64,000 nt of DNA from Phyllobates terribilis (Eukaryota). Below are positions 12,501 to 24,786 of this stretch, one piece after another. The stretch spans positions 708,040,001 through 708,104,000 of the forward strand of contig NW_027362762.1 in assembly GCF_046119375.1 (NCBI RefSeq), in the 5' to 3' direction. Both the position numbers and the translations under genes were made by a program. Under the pieces are notes generated by a model. It worked only from the letters and a program-made list of their open reading frames with translations, was not told the DNA's origin and did no database searches. Numbering within the stretch: the stretch's first letter is position 1; the number at the start of each line of letters is the position of its first letter.

Positions 12501-15500
12501 TGCATAAGCGAACGTGTGCTCTGATGTGCATTATTTTTTGGGAGTGTACGCCTACTAGAGATGGACACTCAGATGTAGTAGGCAGCGTCTGAGTGTCCAC
12601 CTCCAATAGGCGCACACGCCCGAAAATGATGCACAACAGAGCACATGTTCACTTTGCCGGCACCATTATAGTCTCTGGCCCCGTCTATGGCTCGAATTGC
12701 GGGTGGTTCGGACGTAAGCCCCAATGGAACCAACAAATGGGTGCCAGAACACAGTGTGAAAGCACCCTTAGCTATACACTATAAAAGATAAAAGCTCTCA
12801 TTGCAGGAGAATGACAGCAGATAGAAAAAGCCAAACCAAAAGTCAATTGCAAACTTTCTTACTTTCATGTTGCCTAACTAATTTTAAAAAAATGAATAAC
12901 TTGAGAATACCCCGTTAATCATTTCACACAATGTTCTCTAACTGCTCACAAGGATTTACATGTACAATCTGTAAAATCTCTTCATTCACCTACTTTTTAA
13001 AAATGTTTGTAATATACTAAAAAGCCTATGCAGCACTGAGATTGTTAGCTCCAGTAATATAAACATAGAAAAAGTGTCCCAGCACATGAAGTATAGAAAG
13101 GGGTTAATCAGCCATCCTTAGTGCTAGGGTGATTAAACACCTTTAGAAAGGGAGGAACTCAGAGGATAAATTCCCAACCTTTTAGAGCATTTGGTGTGGG
13201 AAGGGCCTGAATGCACAAGCTCTGGAGCTGTGGTGCTCATGTTAAGGAAAGCTAAACCTTGGGCTGTGATTTGTTCCTTTGGGCGGACACCCATAGCAAC
13301 AAGGACTGTGCCATACGTTATGTTTTGTTTTTCCTGTTAAGCCGGGAAGGCCGTGTTTGTTTTACTAATGTTGCCGTGGTTTATGCCGTACTCTTAATAA
13401 ACCACAGAAAATTTAAATAGACAGTGTTCCTGTGTCTACCTCTATGTTCAACCAATTGAGCCAATCTACCACAACAGTTACAGTATCTTTCCCCACCGCA
13501 TGGAGTGTATATGTGAATTTCTAAGTAAACAGTATTACATGCCATCTACTAATCTATGATATAAAGAAAAAAGAAGAGCAGTGTCTATGAATTGCTGTTT
13601 TTGGAGGCACAATAATATCAAACTGTAATTTAAAAGGTTAAATAATAAAAGCATAAATGAGTGTGCATAATAGTGGTGCCATCATGAAGTTATTCAGCTA
13701 CACTACAAATGTGCCATACAAAATAGTGCCCAAGGGTATGTATATAGCATAGAGATAGACCATGAGGCTGCTATGAGTTCAGTGGATAGAAGAGGCCCAG
13801 GCATGGTTCCCCAAAAGGTGGCAAGAACATATGCCAGGCTGCCCTACAAAGTTAAGCTGTGGAAAAATTGTTTCTAAGCAGTCAGGGGCTTAGTTTAATG
13901 TTTGTTATGTGGCCCTATCTTTTCTGTGTATGTCTCGCCCCCAGTGGGGCCTTACTGTCTGGGGCAGTATATATGTATATCACGGTGGCTGGCCCAGGGC
14001 GGACAGTGCGCCAAAAAGGGAGTTTAATAAAATGAAAATAAAATTTCTTACCTGTGGATTCTGGTAAGAGGTTACCAGCACTGCGACAGTCCACCGAGGC
14101 CGATGTTAGGGGCAGCGTTGACGGGACGGCTCCCCACAGGTGGAGTAGGCCTCAGGGCAGTGTAGGATGAATGAATGGTGGGTGCGCTGGGCGTTGTGGT
14201 GTGGTGAGGAAAGTTGGCGCCAGTAAAGAAACAGACAGAGGCACTTTGTGCAGTCGTCCAGGGCTTTACTTACAGTTCTTTAAGGCAATCCACATGTGCA
14301 CTTTACAGGTGAAGGCCTCCCTCATCGCGCTGCGTTCACCAGGCAGGGGTTCAGTCCTCCTTAAAGCAGCTTAGGGGTGCTTGGCAGAACCCCACTTTCA
14401 GATGTGCCTAACTTGACCTTCTTCACACTTGGTCCTTCTCACCGTTGCCCTACGCTGCCCACTCTCAGTCCCGCTCGGGTATGCTGAAGTCCTTCTCGTA
14501 CGTCGGATCCGGGACCAACCTGACCCCCTGGGGTTTCGAATGTGGCAAGCACGATCCCACCTGTCTCCTGGCAGGAGCGGGGCGTACGGGTGCCGTCCTG
14601 CACGCGCCGTACCCCCTGGGATCCTTTTTGTAGAATGGAGCCTGTTCCCTGCTCCCCTCCGGGGCCTCTATCCTGGGCTCTAACTTGTGGAGCAGAGCTC
14701 TGACTGAGCCTCTGCTCCCAGACAGTACTGAACTGACTGACTGAATGTATGTTCCTACAGACCTAATATGGCTTCCTATTATATACTTACTTTATATGTG
14801 CTCCATGTATTAACTTCCTCCACCCACACCCACTACTGGTTCCCCCTACCTTTGGGTTCCCCCCTACTCCAGCCAGGGCCAGGGCTCAGCACAAAACTAC
14901 ATTGCGTCTTGCCCCTCCTGCTGGCCTGGAGCGGTGTAGTGTTGGATGTAGGTGGTTGGGGTTCTGTGCAGCACTCCCATCTTACCTGAGATAAGGGAGA
15001 CACCACACCTCGGGGTGAGGTGCAGTATGTCTGTGGCGACTGAACCCTCAGGGGCGCCACATTCCCCCCCGGTAAAACACAGCACGTCCTCGGGCTGGAA
15101 CAAAGCAAACAAAGAATAAACGACATGCAAAATTTTATAAAACATTTCTTCCCTTTATGGGAGGTATACTTCCTTTAAACGTTACATTGTAAAACACTTT
15201 TCTCATAACACATCATAAGAGCACTTTTCAATAAAGTTCCTGCACCAGGGTGCAACAGTAGTAGCATGAGGGACCCGCTCCAAACTCTCAACGTAGGCCC
15301 TGGGTGTGGCTGCTGGGCATGGACGATCCAGATACTGGACCTCGTCTTCTGCCACGCCAACGGGTTTTTGTTCTGAGGTATATTTGTTTCAAATATAAAA
15401 CCAGTAGGGTGCACTTTAAGAAGTGCTAACTATGTACAATGTTAACGTCCGGGTACTCACAGTCCTCAGCCTGTGTACCCTGACGGGTAATGGTAGAGAA

Positions 15501-15596
15501 ACACACTATAGAAAACTTCACACTGTGAAAACATTATTTTAAAGTCATCCTGGCAAACTTAGCAAAAAGAAAACAACACAGCACCCGAATGAGTGA

Positions 15597-17108
15597 CTAT
15601 AAGCAGTTAGTTGTAGTCCCAGTACTAAGCCTAGTACTGGGGACCCGTCCTGGGGTATTCTTGATGCTTCCCTGACCCAGCGGGGTCACGAGGGACTTCC
15701 TGCAGGGGTTATCTTTGGTGATACGGTACACCTGCAGGGCATACCAGCCACGTTCACCATGATGCCGGGTGAACTTGACGTGATCCCCCCCCCAGCGTAG
15801 AGGTTCTGGTCGAGATGGCCTTCTTCCAACTCGGGCTCCACATCCCTCTTGTTCACAAAAATGTCTGTATTAAATTCAGGGTTGCGAATGAAGCCCCATC
15901 CAGCCTGGAGGTTGAATTTTACTATTAGGCCTTCCTCACGGGGGCTGGGGTTGGCTGTCTCCGCCTCATGGGTCTGCGCCTTGGCGGCCTTGTCTCGGGC
16001 CTCCAGGCGCTCACTGCGCGCCGCCCGCGCGCGTCGCTCCCTCTCAAGCTGCCGGAGCTCCCGCCGGCAGAACTCCTTCCTCTGCCGGGCGGCAGACTCG
16101 GTTTCCTGGGAGAACCCCATCAGGTCCCCCCCCGGTTGTCCCAGCATAACTCTTCTCCGCCGGGGCAGGCAACCGGGGGTGCGGGCATTGGTAGAAGTGG
16201 GCAGGGCTGCTGGTCTTCATACCGTGCGGACCAGTCGAAGACCGGCGCACCATAGACCCATGCCAGGGTCAGAGGTGGAGGCGGCGGAAGGGCTTCCAAT
16301 AGTAGGCCCGCAGCTTCTGCGCCCGGGATCAATGGTTCCGGATAGGCGCTGTATATGTCACTTTCCGGTGCAGCACCTGGGAGCGGCAGTTCCGGGATGG
16401 CTTCAGGTGGGTGCCCTTTTGGTTCCGCTCCCGGGGGTGAAAGTTCCGGGCTGCACATTTGTTCCCACCAGGGCACGGCGGTACATGGCGAAGGCGGGGG
16501 TAAGAGGCCCAGGAGCAGGTCGGCGTTGGCAGCGCCCGGGGCTGGGGATTCTCTCCTATCTGCTCCTGGACTCCGCACGGCCTCCTGGTCTTCGGCAAGC
16601 TCCGCCAGGGCTGGTGCGCGGCTGCTGGCATCCGGTCTGGCTTCCGGCCTCACTTTCTGGCGGGCTGCCAGTTTTCTCAGCAGCTCGCTTTTCCACCGGG
16701 CGACCGCTGCCTGCTGGGCTCGCTCGACTTGCTGGCCCAGCTCGAGGATCTCACTCCCGAGGAACTCCACATCCTCTGGGGACATCTTCTCTCCCTCCTG
16801 GGTGAGGGGCGTCGCTTGCTGCAACGGTAGGCCTGAGGCGAAGGTTGGGCTTTTGCGTGGTTCCATCTCAGCTGTCTGACCAGACAGGTGGAGACCACCC
16901 CCTGTCTCCATTCTTTCTCTCCGCCTCCTTTCTTCTTTTGGGGCCGGTCCAATGGCCACTTGCTGTCGGTCACTCCCCGTGACGGCCCCCCCGCTTTGAC
17001 AGACACATCTATGCGGACATTCACTGTTGCAAGGGGCAGGGCCTGCTTTCGGCGCCATTCTGGGACCCGGCCCACGATGGGAGGCTCGATTTTGTTGTCT
17101 TTTGACAT
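15597..17108 (-). pseudogene. Frameshifted ORF homologous to 34791-36833, with C-terminal cold-shock domain
   Basis: Pieces MSKDNKIEPPIVGRVPEW..KWPLDRP, then ..GGDLMGFSQETESAARQRKEFCRRELRQLERERR.., then GLIVKFNLQAGWGFIRNPEFNTDIFVNKRDVE..LYAG[frameshift in G9 run]DHVKFTRHHGERGWYALQVYR; at least 3 frameshifts are needed to join them. Confidence 0.8.
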
Positions 17109-17207
17109 GCAGACAATGGCGCCCGTTCTTCTGGGGTGGGCTCCACATTCAGTGCAGAAAGCACTTCTTCAGGCACACAATACCCGCAGATGGCGGGCTG
17201 GTCACGC

Positions 17208-17225
17208 ATCCTGTTCGTGACGCCA
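17208..17225 (-). promoter_or_regulatory. Primer-binding site, tRNA-Ser(CGA)-type
   Basis: Minus strand TGGCGTCACGAACAGGAT, 9 nt after the LTR end; complementary to the vertebrate tRNA-Ser(CGA) 3' end ATCCTGTTCGTGACG+CCA (tRNA sequence from memory). Confidence 0.8.
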
Positions 17226-19508
17226 AAAGCAAGCTGTCTCGCCCCCAATGGGGCCTTACTGTCTGGGGCAGTATATATATGTATATCACGGTGGCTGGCC
17301 CAGGGCGGACAGTGCGCCAAAAAGAAGGTTTAATAAAATGAAAATAAAAGTGCGTGACGCCACCTGGTAAGAGGTTACCAGCGCTGCGACAGTCCACCGA
17401 GGCCGATGTTAGGGGCACCGTTGATGGGACGGCTCCCCACAGGTGGAGTAGGCCTCAGGGCAGTGTAGGATGAATGAATGGTGGGTGCGCTGGGCATTGT
17501 GGTGCGGTGAGGAAAGTTGGCGCCAGTAAAGAAACAGACAGAAGCACTTCGTGCAGTCGTCCAGGGCTTTACTTACAGTTCTTTAAGGCAATCCACATGT
17601 GCGCTTTACAGGTGAAGGCCTCCCTCGTCGCGCTGCGCTCACCGGGCAGGGGTTCAGTCCTCCTTAAAGCAGCTTAGGGGTGCTTGGCAGAACCCCACTT
17701 TCAGATGTGCCTAACTTGACCTTCTTCACACTTGGTCCTTCTCACCGTTGCCCTACGCTGCCCACTCTCAGTCCCGCTCGGGTATGCTGAAGTTCTTCTT
17801 GTACGTCGGATCCGGGACCAACCTGACCCCCTGGGGTTTCGAATGTGGCAAGCACGATCCCTCCTGTCTCCTGGCAGGAGCGGGGCGTACGGGTGCCGTC
17901 CTGCACGTGCCGTACCCCCTGGGATCCTTTTTGTAGAATGGAGCCTGCTCCCTGCTCCCCTCCGGGGCCTCTATCCTGGGCCCTAACTTGTGGAGCAGAG
18001 CTCTGACTGAGCCTCTGCTCCCAGACAGTACTGAACTGACTGACTGAATGTATGTTCCTACAGACCTAATATGGCTTCCTATTATATACTTACTGTATAT
18101 GTGCTCCATGTATTAACTTCCTCCACCCACACCCACTATTGGTTCCCCCTGCCTTTGGGTTCCCCCCTACTCCAGCTATGGCCAGGGCTCAGCAGAAAAC
18201 TACATTGCGGCTTGCCCCTCCTGCTGGCCTGGAGCGGTGTAGTGTTGGAGGTAGGTGGTTGGGGTTCTGTGCAGCTCTCCCATCTTACCTGAGAGAAAGG
18301 AGACACTACACCTCGGGGTGAGGTGCAGTATCTCTGTGGCGACTGAACCCTCAGGGGCGCCACATGTACATCACCGACAGTGCTGTTACTCATATGCTCA
18401 ATGTCGGACTGGGATGCCAAGGACCCACCAATAACTAACTCTAGGGCCCCACTTTTCAGCTATATGCAAATATGACATTATCCTCAATCACAAATGTATT
18501 TAACAATGAACTGGGTAGATTGTTAAATGAATAAGATGCTGCCTTTGTCTGTATTTAGTGATTCAAGTATATTGTGCTAAGTACTGCTCATATCAGAGGG
18601 TGGTGCCCCACTCTTGCACAGGAGGATTCTCCTGTTCTCCTGTGGGCCAATCTAAGCCTGCATATGTTAACCACATGGCCCGTTTGATCAAACCTGTCAA
18701 GATTAGAATCCAGCAAATTTTTTCAGGGAAATTCAATTTGCATCAAAGTTATACGATACAAATTGAATGTTCCTTTTTGCTCTGTGGTCTCTCCAGACCT
18801 CAGAGCATAATAAAAGTAGAATTTAAACAAAAAAAAATGTATTCCTCACCACTTACCTGTCCTGCAGTGGTCCAGTCCTCCCCCGCTCTTTTTTATTTCG
18901 CCCTTCTCATCGCATGCATCCTCTTCGGGCTTCTTAACCGATTCCCGACCACCCGCTGTACATAAACGTCGGAGCTGCCTGGGCTCTGTGCAGCGCCGAC
19001 GTTTAAAAATGGTGGGTGGTCCCGCAGCGCTCAGGACCCCCAGGGTCCTGCAAGCGCTACGGTACCGGTTCAGAGCGATAGCTCTGACATGTGGCATCAT
19101 GGGGACCTGATTGGATCAGGTCCCCATGATGTTAACCTGTTCCTATCTTCTAGATGCCGCGATCCATAGCGATCGCGGCATTTAAAAGATAGTGACAGCC
19201 GGTGGTCGGCGATCGGGACCCCCCACATACCTTATCAGCGGCGGGGATTCCGGTGCTGTGACCTCTGACATCATCGAGACCTGATTGGCTCAGGTCTCGA
19301 TGATGTCAGCGTCACACCAGCCAATCAGAGAGATCACTAGGGAAGTTTGTTTTAGCAGCAAACTTTCCCGGGCGATCTGGCTGATAAATACATTGTTTCT
19401 CCTCCGATCTCAGTGAGAGAGCAGAGGAGAAACAGTGTGACAAGAGCTGTCAGCCTTGCCACTGTAAAAGTGAAAAAAAAAATCAAAAAAGAAAGTAAGG
19501 TTAGGGTT

Positions 19509-19985
19509 AGTCAGTCCTGTCAGATCAGTCAGTCCTGTCAGTCAGTCAGTCCTGTCAGATCAGTCAGTCCTGTCAGTCAGTCCTGTCAGATCAGTCAGTC
19601 CTGTCAGTCAGTCAGTCCTGTCAGATCAGTCAGTCCTGTCAGTCAGTCCTGTCAGATCAGTCAGTCCTGTCAGTCAGTCAGTCCAGTCAGATCAGTCAGT
19701 CCTGTCAGTCAGTCAGTCCTGTCAGATCAGTCAGTCCTGTCAGTCAGTCAGTCGTGTCAGATCAGTCAGTCCTGTCAGTCAGTCAGTCCTGTCAGATCAG
19801 TCAGTCCTGTCAGTCAGTCAGTCCTGTCAGATCAGTCAGTCCTGTCAGTCAGTCAGTCCTGTCAGATCAGTCAGTCCTGTCAGTCAGTCCGGTCAGTCCA
19901 GTCCGGTCAGTCCAGTCCGGTCAGTCCAGTTCGGTCCCGTCCATTCAGTCCGGTCCGTTCAGTCCGGTCCATTCAGTCCAGTCAA
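19509..19985. repeat. GTCA-rich minisatellite inside the piggyBac 5' region
   Basis: Repeated GTCAGTCCTGTCAGATCA / GTCAGTCAGTCCT modules that drift to CAGTCCGGT units at the 3' end. Confidence 0.95.
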
Positions 19986-20001
19986 AAAATATAAAAATAA
20001 A

Positions 20002-21775
20002 ATGGCTCGTCAGACTTATACCGCAGAGGAGGTGTATGCCCTGCTGTGTTCTGACACTGATGACAGTGCAGTCTCAGATGGAGATGTGGATTTTGAGGGC
20101 TTTAGTAGCGGCGACACTGAGAGCTCAGAAATGAGCAGTGATTCTGCTCCATCCTCAAGCCCAAGGACCAGTACAGCAAATGGGAACACTGCCCAGTACA
20201 AGCGCTGTCCCTGCTACTAGTGAATTGGCGCACGCCAGTGTACAAGGGGCTTTGCCACATGATCTAGCATTTCCCAGATGGGAAGCTTCGGATTCGGCTG
20301 CTCCATTCAGTCCTGATTTCAACGCCATTCCTGGTATAAATGTGGAGGTGGAAGATTTTGGACCAATTCATTTTTTTAATTTGTTTTTTACAGACAGCTT
20401 GCTAGAGCATATTGTCGTGCAAACAAATTTATACGCATCCCAATTCATAAGCCAGAATCCCCGATGTTACTATGCTAGGAGCTTAATTTATGGACACCAA
20501 CTAATGTCCCAGAAATAAAAAAAATTTTAGGACTTACATTTGCCATGGGGCTTGTTAAAAAACCGAGCATTCGATCCTACTGGTCCAAACACCCTGTTCA
20601 AGCCACCCCTGTGTTTACAGTCGTTCTTACTAGGACCCGTTATGAAATGCTCATGCGGTTTTGGCATTTTAACGACAATAGTCAATGCCTGCCCAGAAAT
20701 GCCCCAGAACTTGACAGGTTATATAAAATTAGACCCATCATTGAAAATTTGTCAGAAAAATTCTTACGGCTCTACACCCCAACACAAAATATTTCTATAG
20801 AGTCCCTTGTAAAATTCAAAGGAAGACTGCACCTCAAGCAATTTATCCCATCTAAAAGGGCAAGGTTTGGAATAAAGATCTATAAAATGTGCGAAAGTTC
20901 AACCGGATACACATCCGCTTTTCGCATATATTAGGGGAAAGATAGCCAACTAAACCCACCAGGATGCCCTACTTATCTGGGGACATCTGGAAAAATTGTT
21001 TGGGAGCTGATAAGTCCATTTATTCAAAAAGGCTACAATCTATATGTGGACAATTAATACACCAGCATACCCCTATTTAAAAGTCTGGTTGAACACAACA
21101 TCGGGGCTTGTGGGACCATCCGTAAAAACCGTCAGGGGTTTCCACAACCATTGGTCAACCAAAAGTTTCAAAAGGGGCAGTCAGGGGCTGTACGCAACAG
21201 AGAGCTGCTTGCCCTGAAATATAGGGATAAGAGGGATATTTTTGTCCTCAGCTCGATCCACACAGATGCCACAAGGGCCACTGTAGAACTAGGATCCACC
21301 ACTCCGAAGCAAAAACCAGTGTCAGTAATTGACTACAGCAAACACATGGGGGGTGTGGACCTTGCAGACCAGGTTCTACAGCCATACCAGGTATCAAGAA
21401 AGTCCTATACCTGGTATAAAAAGTTGGTTATTTATTTGTTTCAGGTGGCCACATACAATTCTTTTGTGCTGTACAAAAAAGCAGGAAATTCAGATCATTT
21501 TCTTGATTATCAAGAAAAGGTAATTGAAAATCTTGTTTTTCAAAGTGTTAGCCCCGCTCATCCATTAGGAGGATGTGAAAAGACTCACTGAACGACATTT
21601 TATTGCACTTATTCCAGCAACGGAAACAAGAAGGAACCCCCAGAAAAGATGTCGTGTATGTACTAAGAGAGGAATGAGGCGTGATACCCGCTACTATTGC
21701 CCACAATGTCCATCATTGCCAGCCTTATGCGTCACTGACTGCTTTAAAATCTTCCACACAGAAACACGTTTTTAA
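20002..21775 (+). pseudogene. piggyBac (PGBD4-like) transposase pseudogene
   Basis: MARQTYTAEEVYALL.., FFNLFFTD, RYEMLMRFWHFNDN, KFKGRLHLKQFIPSKRARFGIK, YNLYVDN*YTS, GGVDLADQ and a C-terminal CRVC..RRDTRYYCPQC..LCVTDCFKIFH cysteine-rich domain; several stops and frameshifts. Confidence 0.92.
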
Positions 21776-22189
21776 ACTGTAAAAATGTATCCCAATTTGT
21801 CATTCAAACATTTGGTTCATTTAGTGAATGACACATTCGAGTAGAGCTCACTTAATTTCCAGGGGGGGTTCTCCAGAATCTAAACCTTCCATTGCGTGCT
21901 TGTTTCTGGAAATCATCCATTGAGTTAAAATGGTCACTAAACCCATAGATGAATTCCCAGAGGGGTGTCATTTCCAAAATGGGGTCACTTCAGGGGGGAT
22001 TCTTTAGTTCTGGTACTTAGCGCCTCTGAAAAGTGCCAGAACAGCAGAATCCCCCCTGAAGTGACCCCATATTGGAAATGACACCTCTCTGGGAATTCAT
22101 CTATGGGTTTAGTGACCATTTACCTATCTACTTATTTTCCCACCACTAGATTAATTTATACAGGGGAGTAGATTGTAAAATTCGGTCAC

Positions 22190-22850
22190 TTGTTGGGGGT
22201 TTCCTCTGTTTAGGCACCTCAGGGGCTCTCCAAATGCAACATGGCGTCCGCTATCGATTCCAGTCAAATTTCCATTCCAAAAGTCAAATGGCGCTCCTTA
22301 CCTTCCGAGCCATGCCATGCGCCCAAACAGTGGCTTTGCACCACATATGGGGTATCAGCGTGCTCAGGAGAAATTGTACAACACATTTTGGGGTCCATTT
22401 TTTTCTGGCTGCCCTTGTGAAAATTAAAAATTTGAGGCTAAAATAGCAGTTTTGTGTTAAAAATGTGTTTTTTTATTTTCACACTTCAACATTATAAAAT
22501 TCTGTGAAGCCCCTGGGGGTTCAAGGTGCTCACCACACATCTAGATAAGTTCCTTGAGGGGTCTAGTTTCCAAAATGGGGTCACTTGTTGGGGTTTTCCT
22601 CTGTTTAGGCACCCCAGGGGCTCTCCAAATGCAACATGGCGTCCGCTATCGATTCCAGCCAAATTTCTATTCCAAAAGTCAAATGGAGCTCCTTACCTTC
22701 CGAGCCATGCCGTGCGCCCAAACAGTGGTTTTGCACCACATATGGGGTATCAGCGTGCTCAGGAGAAATTGCACAACACATTTTGGGGTCCATTTTTCCT
22801 GGCTGCCCTTGTGAAAATTAAAAATTTGAGGTTAAAGTAGCAGTTTTGTG
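22190..22850. repeat. Tandem duplication (~370-bp period) in the piggyBac 3' region
   Basis: GGGCTCTCCAAATGCAACATGGCGTCCGCTATCGATTCCAG..GCCCTTGTGAAAATTAAAAATTTGAGG occurs twice (about 22224 and 22618). Confidence 0.85.
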
Positions 22851-24786
22851 AAAAATAGTTAAATGTTCATTGTTTTCTTCCACATTCCAAAAATTCCTGT
22901 GAAGCACCTGAAGGGTTAATAAACTTCTTGAATGTGGTTTTGAGCACCTTGAGGGGTGCAGTTTTTAGAATGGTATCACTTTTGGGTATTTTCTGTCATA
23001 AAGGCCTCTCAAAGTCACTTCAAATAAGATGTGGTCCCTAAAAAAATGTTTTTGTAAATTTTGTTGTAGAAATGAGAAATCACTGGTCAACTTTTAACCC
23101 TTATAACTTCCTAGCAAAAAAAAATTTTGGTTCCAAAATTGTGCTGATGTGAAGTAGACATGTGGGAAATGTTATTTATTAACTATTTTGTGTGACATAT
23201 CTCTCTGATTTAAGGGCATAAAAATTCAAAGTTTGAAAATTGCAAAATTTTCAAAATTTTCGCCAAATTTCTGATTTTTTCACAAATAAACGCAAGTGAT
23301 ATCGAAGAAATTTTACCACTATCATGAAGTACAATATGTCACGAAAAAAACATTCTCAGAATCAGGGGAATCCGTTGAAGCGTTCCAGAGTAATTACCTC
23401 ATAAAGTGACAGTGGTCAGAACTGAAAAAATTGGCCCGGTCACGAAGGCAAAAAAGAGGCTCTGGTGCGAAGTGGTTAACTGTATGCCAGGACTCTTGGT
23501 GCCCACTAGGCACTGCACCATCCCTAGAATCAGTCTAGTCATCGATCGGGCTGCACACTTCGTAACATCGTGACATCAAGACGTGTGCCATGACGGCATG
23601 GCATACATTGATGTCAGAGGCCTAGTTGATACCAGAAGCCATGGTGTAGATTCAAGTAGGCGCACGAGAATGCTCATGACAGGGGAATTTAAAAAGAAAA
23701 GGTGTGAAGGACAAAATGGTAGACTGCGGGAGCAATGGGAAAGGTGGGGTGAGTATTATTTCATTTTTAACCTTTTGCCGGTCTTATACGGATTAGCAAA
23801 ATGGTGGCTGCAGATGGTGGATTGCAAAAAATCCATATTCTGGAGAATATGAATATTTGTAAAATTCAAGGAGAATTCCCTTTCACTCAAATACATTGAC
23901 TCATCTTTCCAAACACTCTCCATTCTTTCCTCCACTAATTACTCCTGCATATCTCTATACTCATCTACTTGAATCTTGCTTGCAAGCAGCCAACCAATTA
24001 AATGTTACTTCTGCTTCCTTCCAGGGAATTAGGACTTCTTGAGGTGAATTCGCATTGGCATATCTGTTGCAGAAATGTGTCCAAATGTCTATATCCTCAC
24101 AGTAGATACAACCGCTTTCACATATACAGTATAGAGCTGATTTTCTGCAAAAAAATGTGCATGTGTCAATTCCCCTTTACTGACTCCTGGACCATTATTT
24201 ATCATGAGTTTGGGGAGTCTGTATTTGCATGAAAGAGGACTGTAAGCCAGCGGTTGGCACTTTGACCTTGCACATAATTTCTGGGTTCAAACCCAACAGG
24301 CTTTTCCAATATATGAAAATAAGAAATCTTTAATGTGGCTTGTTAATAACATGTTATGTATATGCCGCATTTTACAGTATGAAATTGTACTCCACATTGT
24401 GGTGCACTTTTGTATCTTGTGGTGTAGTGGGTTGATTGGCCGCTGTAAATGGCAGTGACAAAATACCCTGTCCTGTGACTGCCAGCAGGGAGTGGTGCTA
24501 GTGTAGGCACAGGGCTAGAAAGAGCCTCAGGATTCACTCACACGAGCATATAAATAATCGGTCCCCTTCTCATCCAGGAGAGTGGGATGATTTTTTCTCA
24601 CTTGTCGTCCGTGTGCTGTCCGTATACAATACATTTTTTTACTCTGCAGCTATTAATCTTTTACAGAACCATTTACAGTTTCCTATGCTACAGAATTGTA
24701 ATGTATGCGTAAAAATCAGATGCCATACTGATGGTCTGAATGGCATGCGATTTTTTTCTCACTCCCATTAGAGTTCGGAGTGAATA

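Larger units (their letters stand above)
13931..18364 (-). mobile_element. Non-autonomous LTR retroelement (CSD family, lineage B)
   Basis: Direct LTRs 13931-15061 and 17235-18364 with TG..CA ends (about 96% identical by eye); 4-bp TSD TGTA on both sides; PBS 17208-17225; PPT GGGGGGGAA at 15062-15070; no RT, RNase H or integrase motifs in the 2.17-kb interior. Confidence 0.93.
18938..23475 (+). mobile_element. piggyBac-type DNA transposon, defective
   Basis: TTAA at 18934-18937 and 23476-23479; degenerate TIRs CCGATTCCCGACC / rc CCACTTCGCACC; PGBD4-like transposase remnant inside. Confidence 0.8.

Noticed and set aside
15849-16805. 318-aa plus-strand ORF (and 16355-16879)
   Set aside because: Antisense shadow of the GC-rich CSD-element ORF; no recognisable motifs.
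19413-20134. Ser/Gln/Val-rich ORFs of 193 and 126 aa
   Set aside because: Translations of the GTCA minisatellite.
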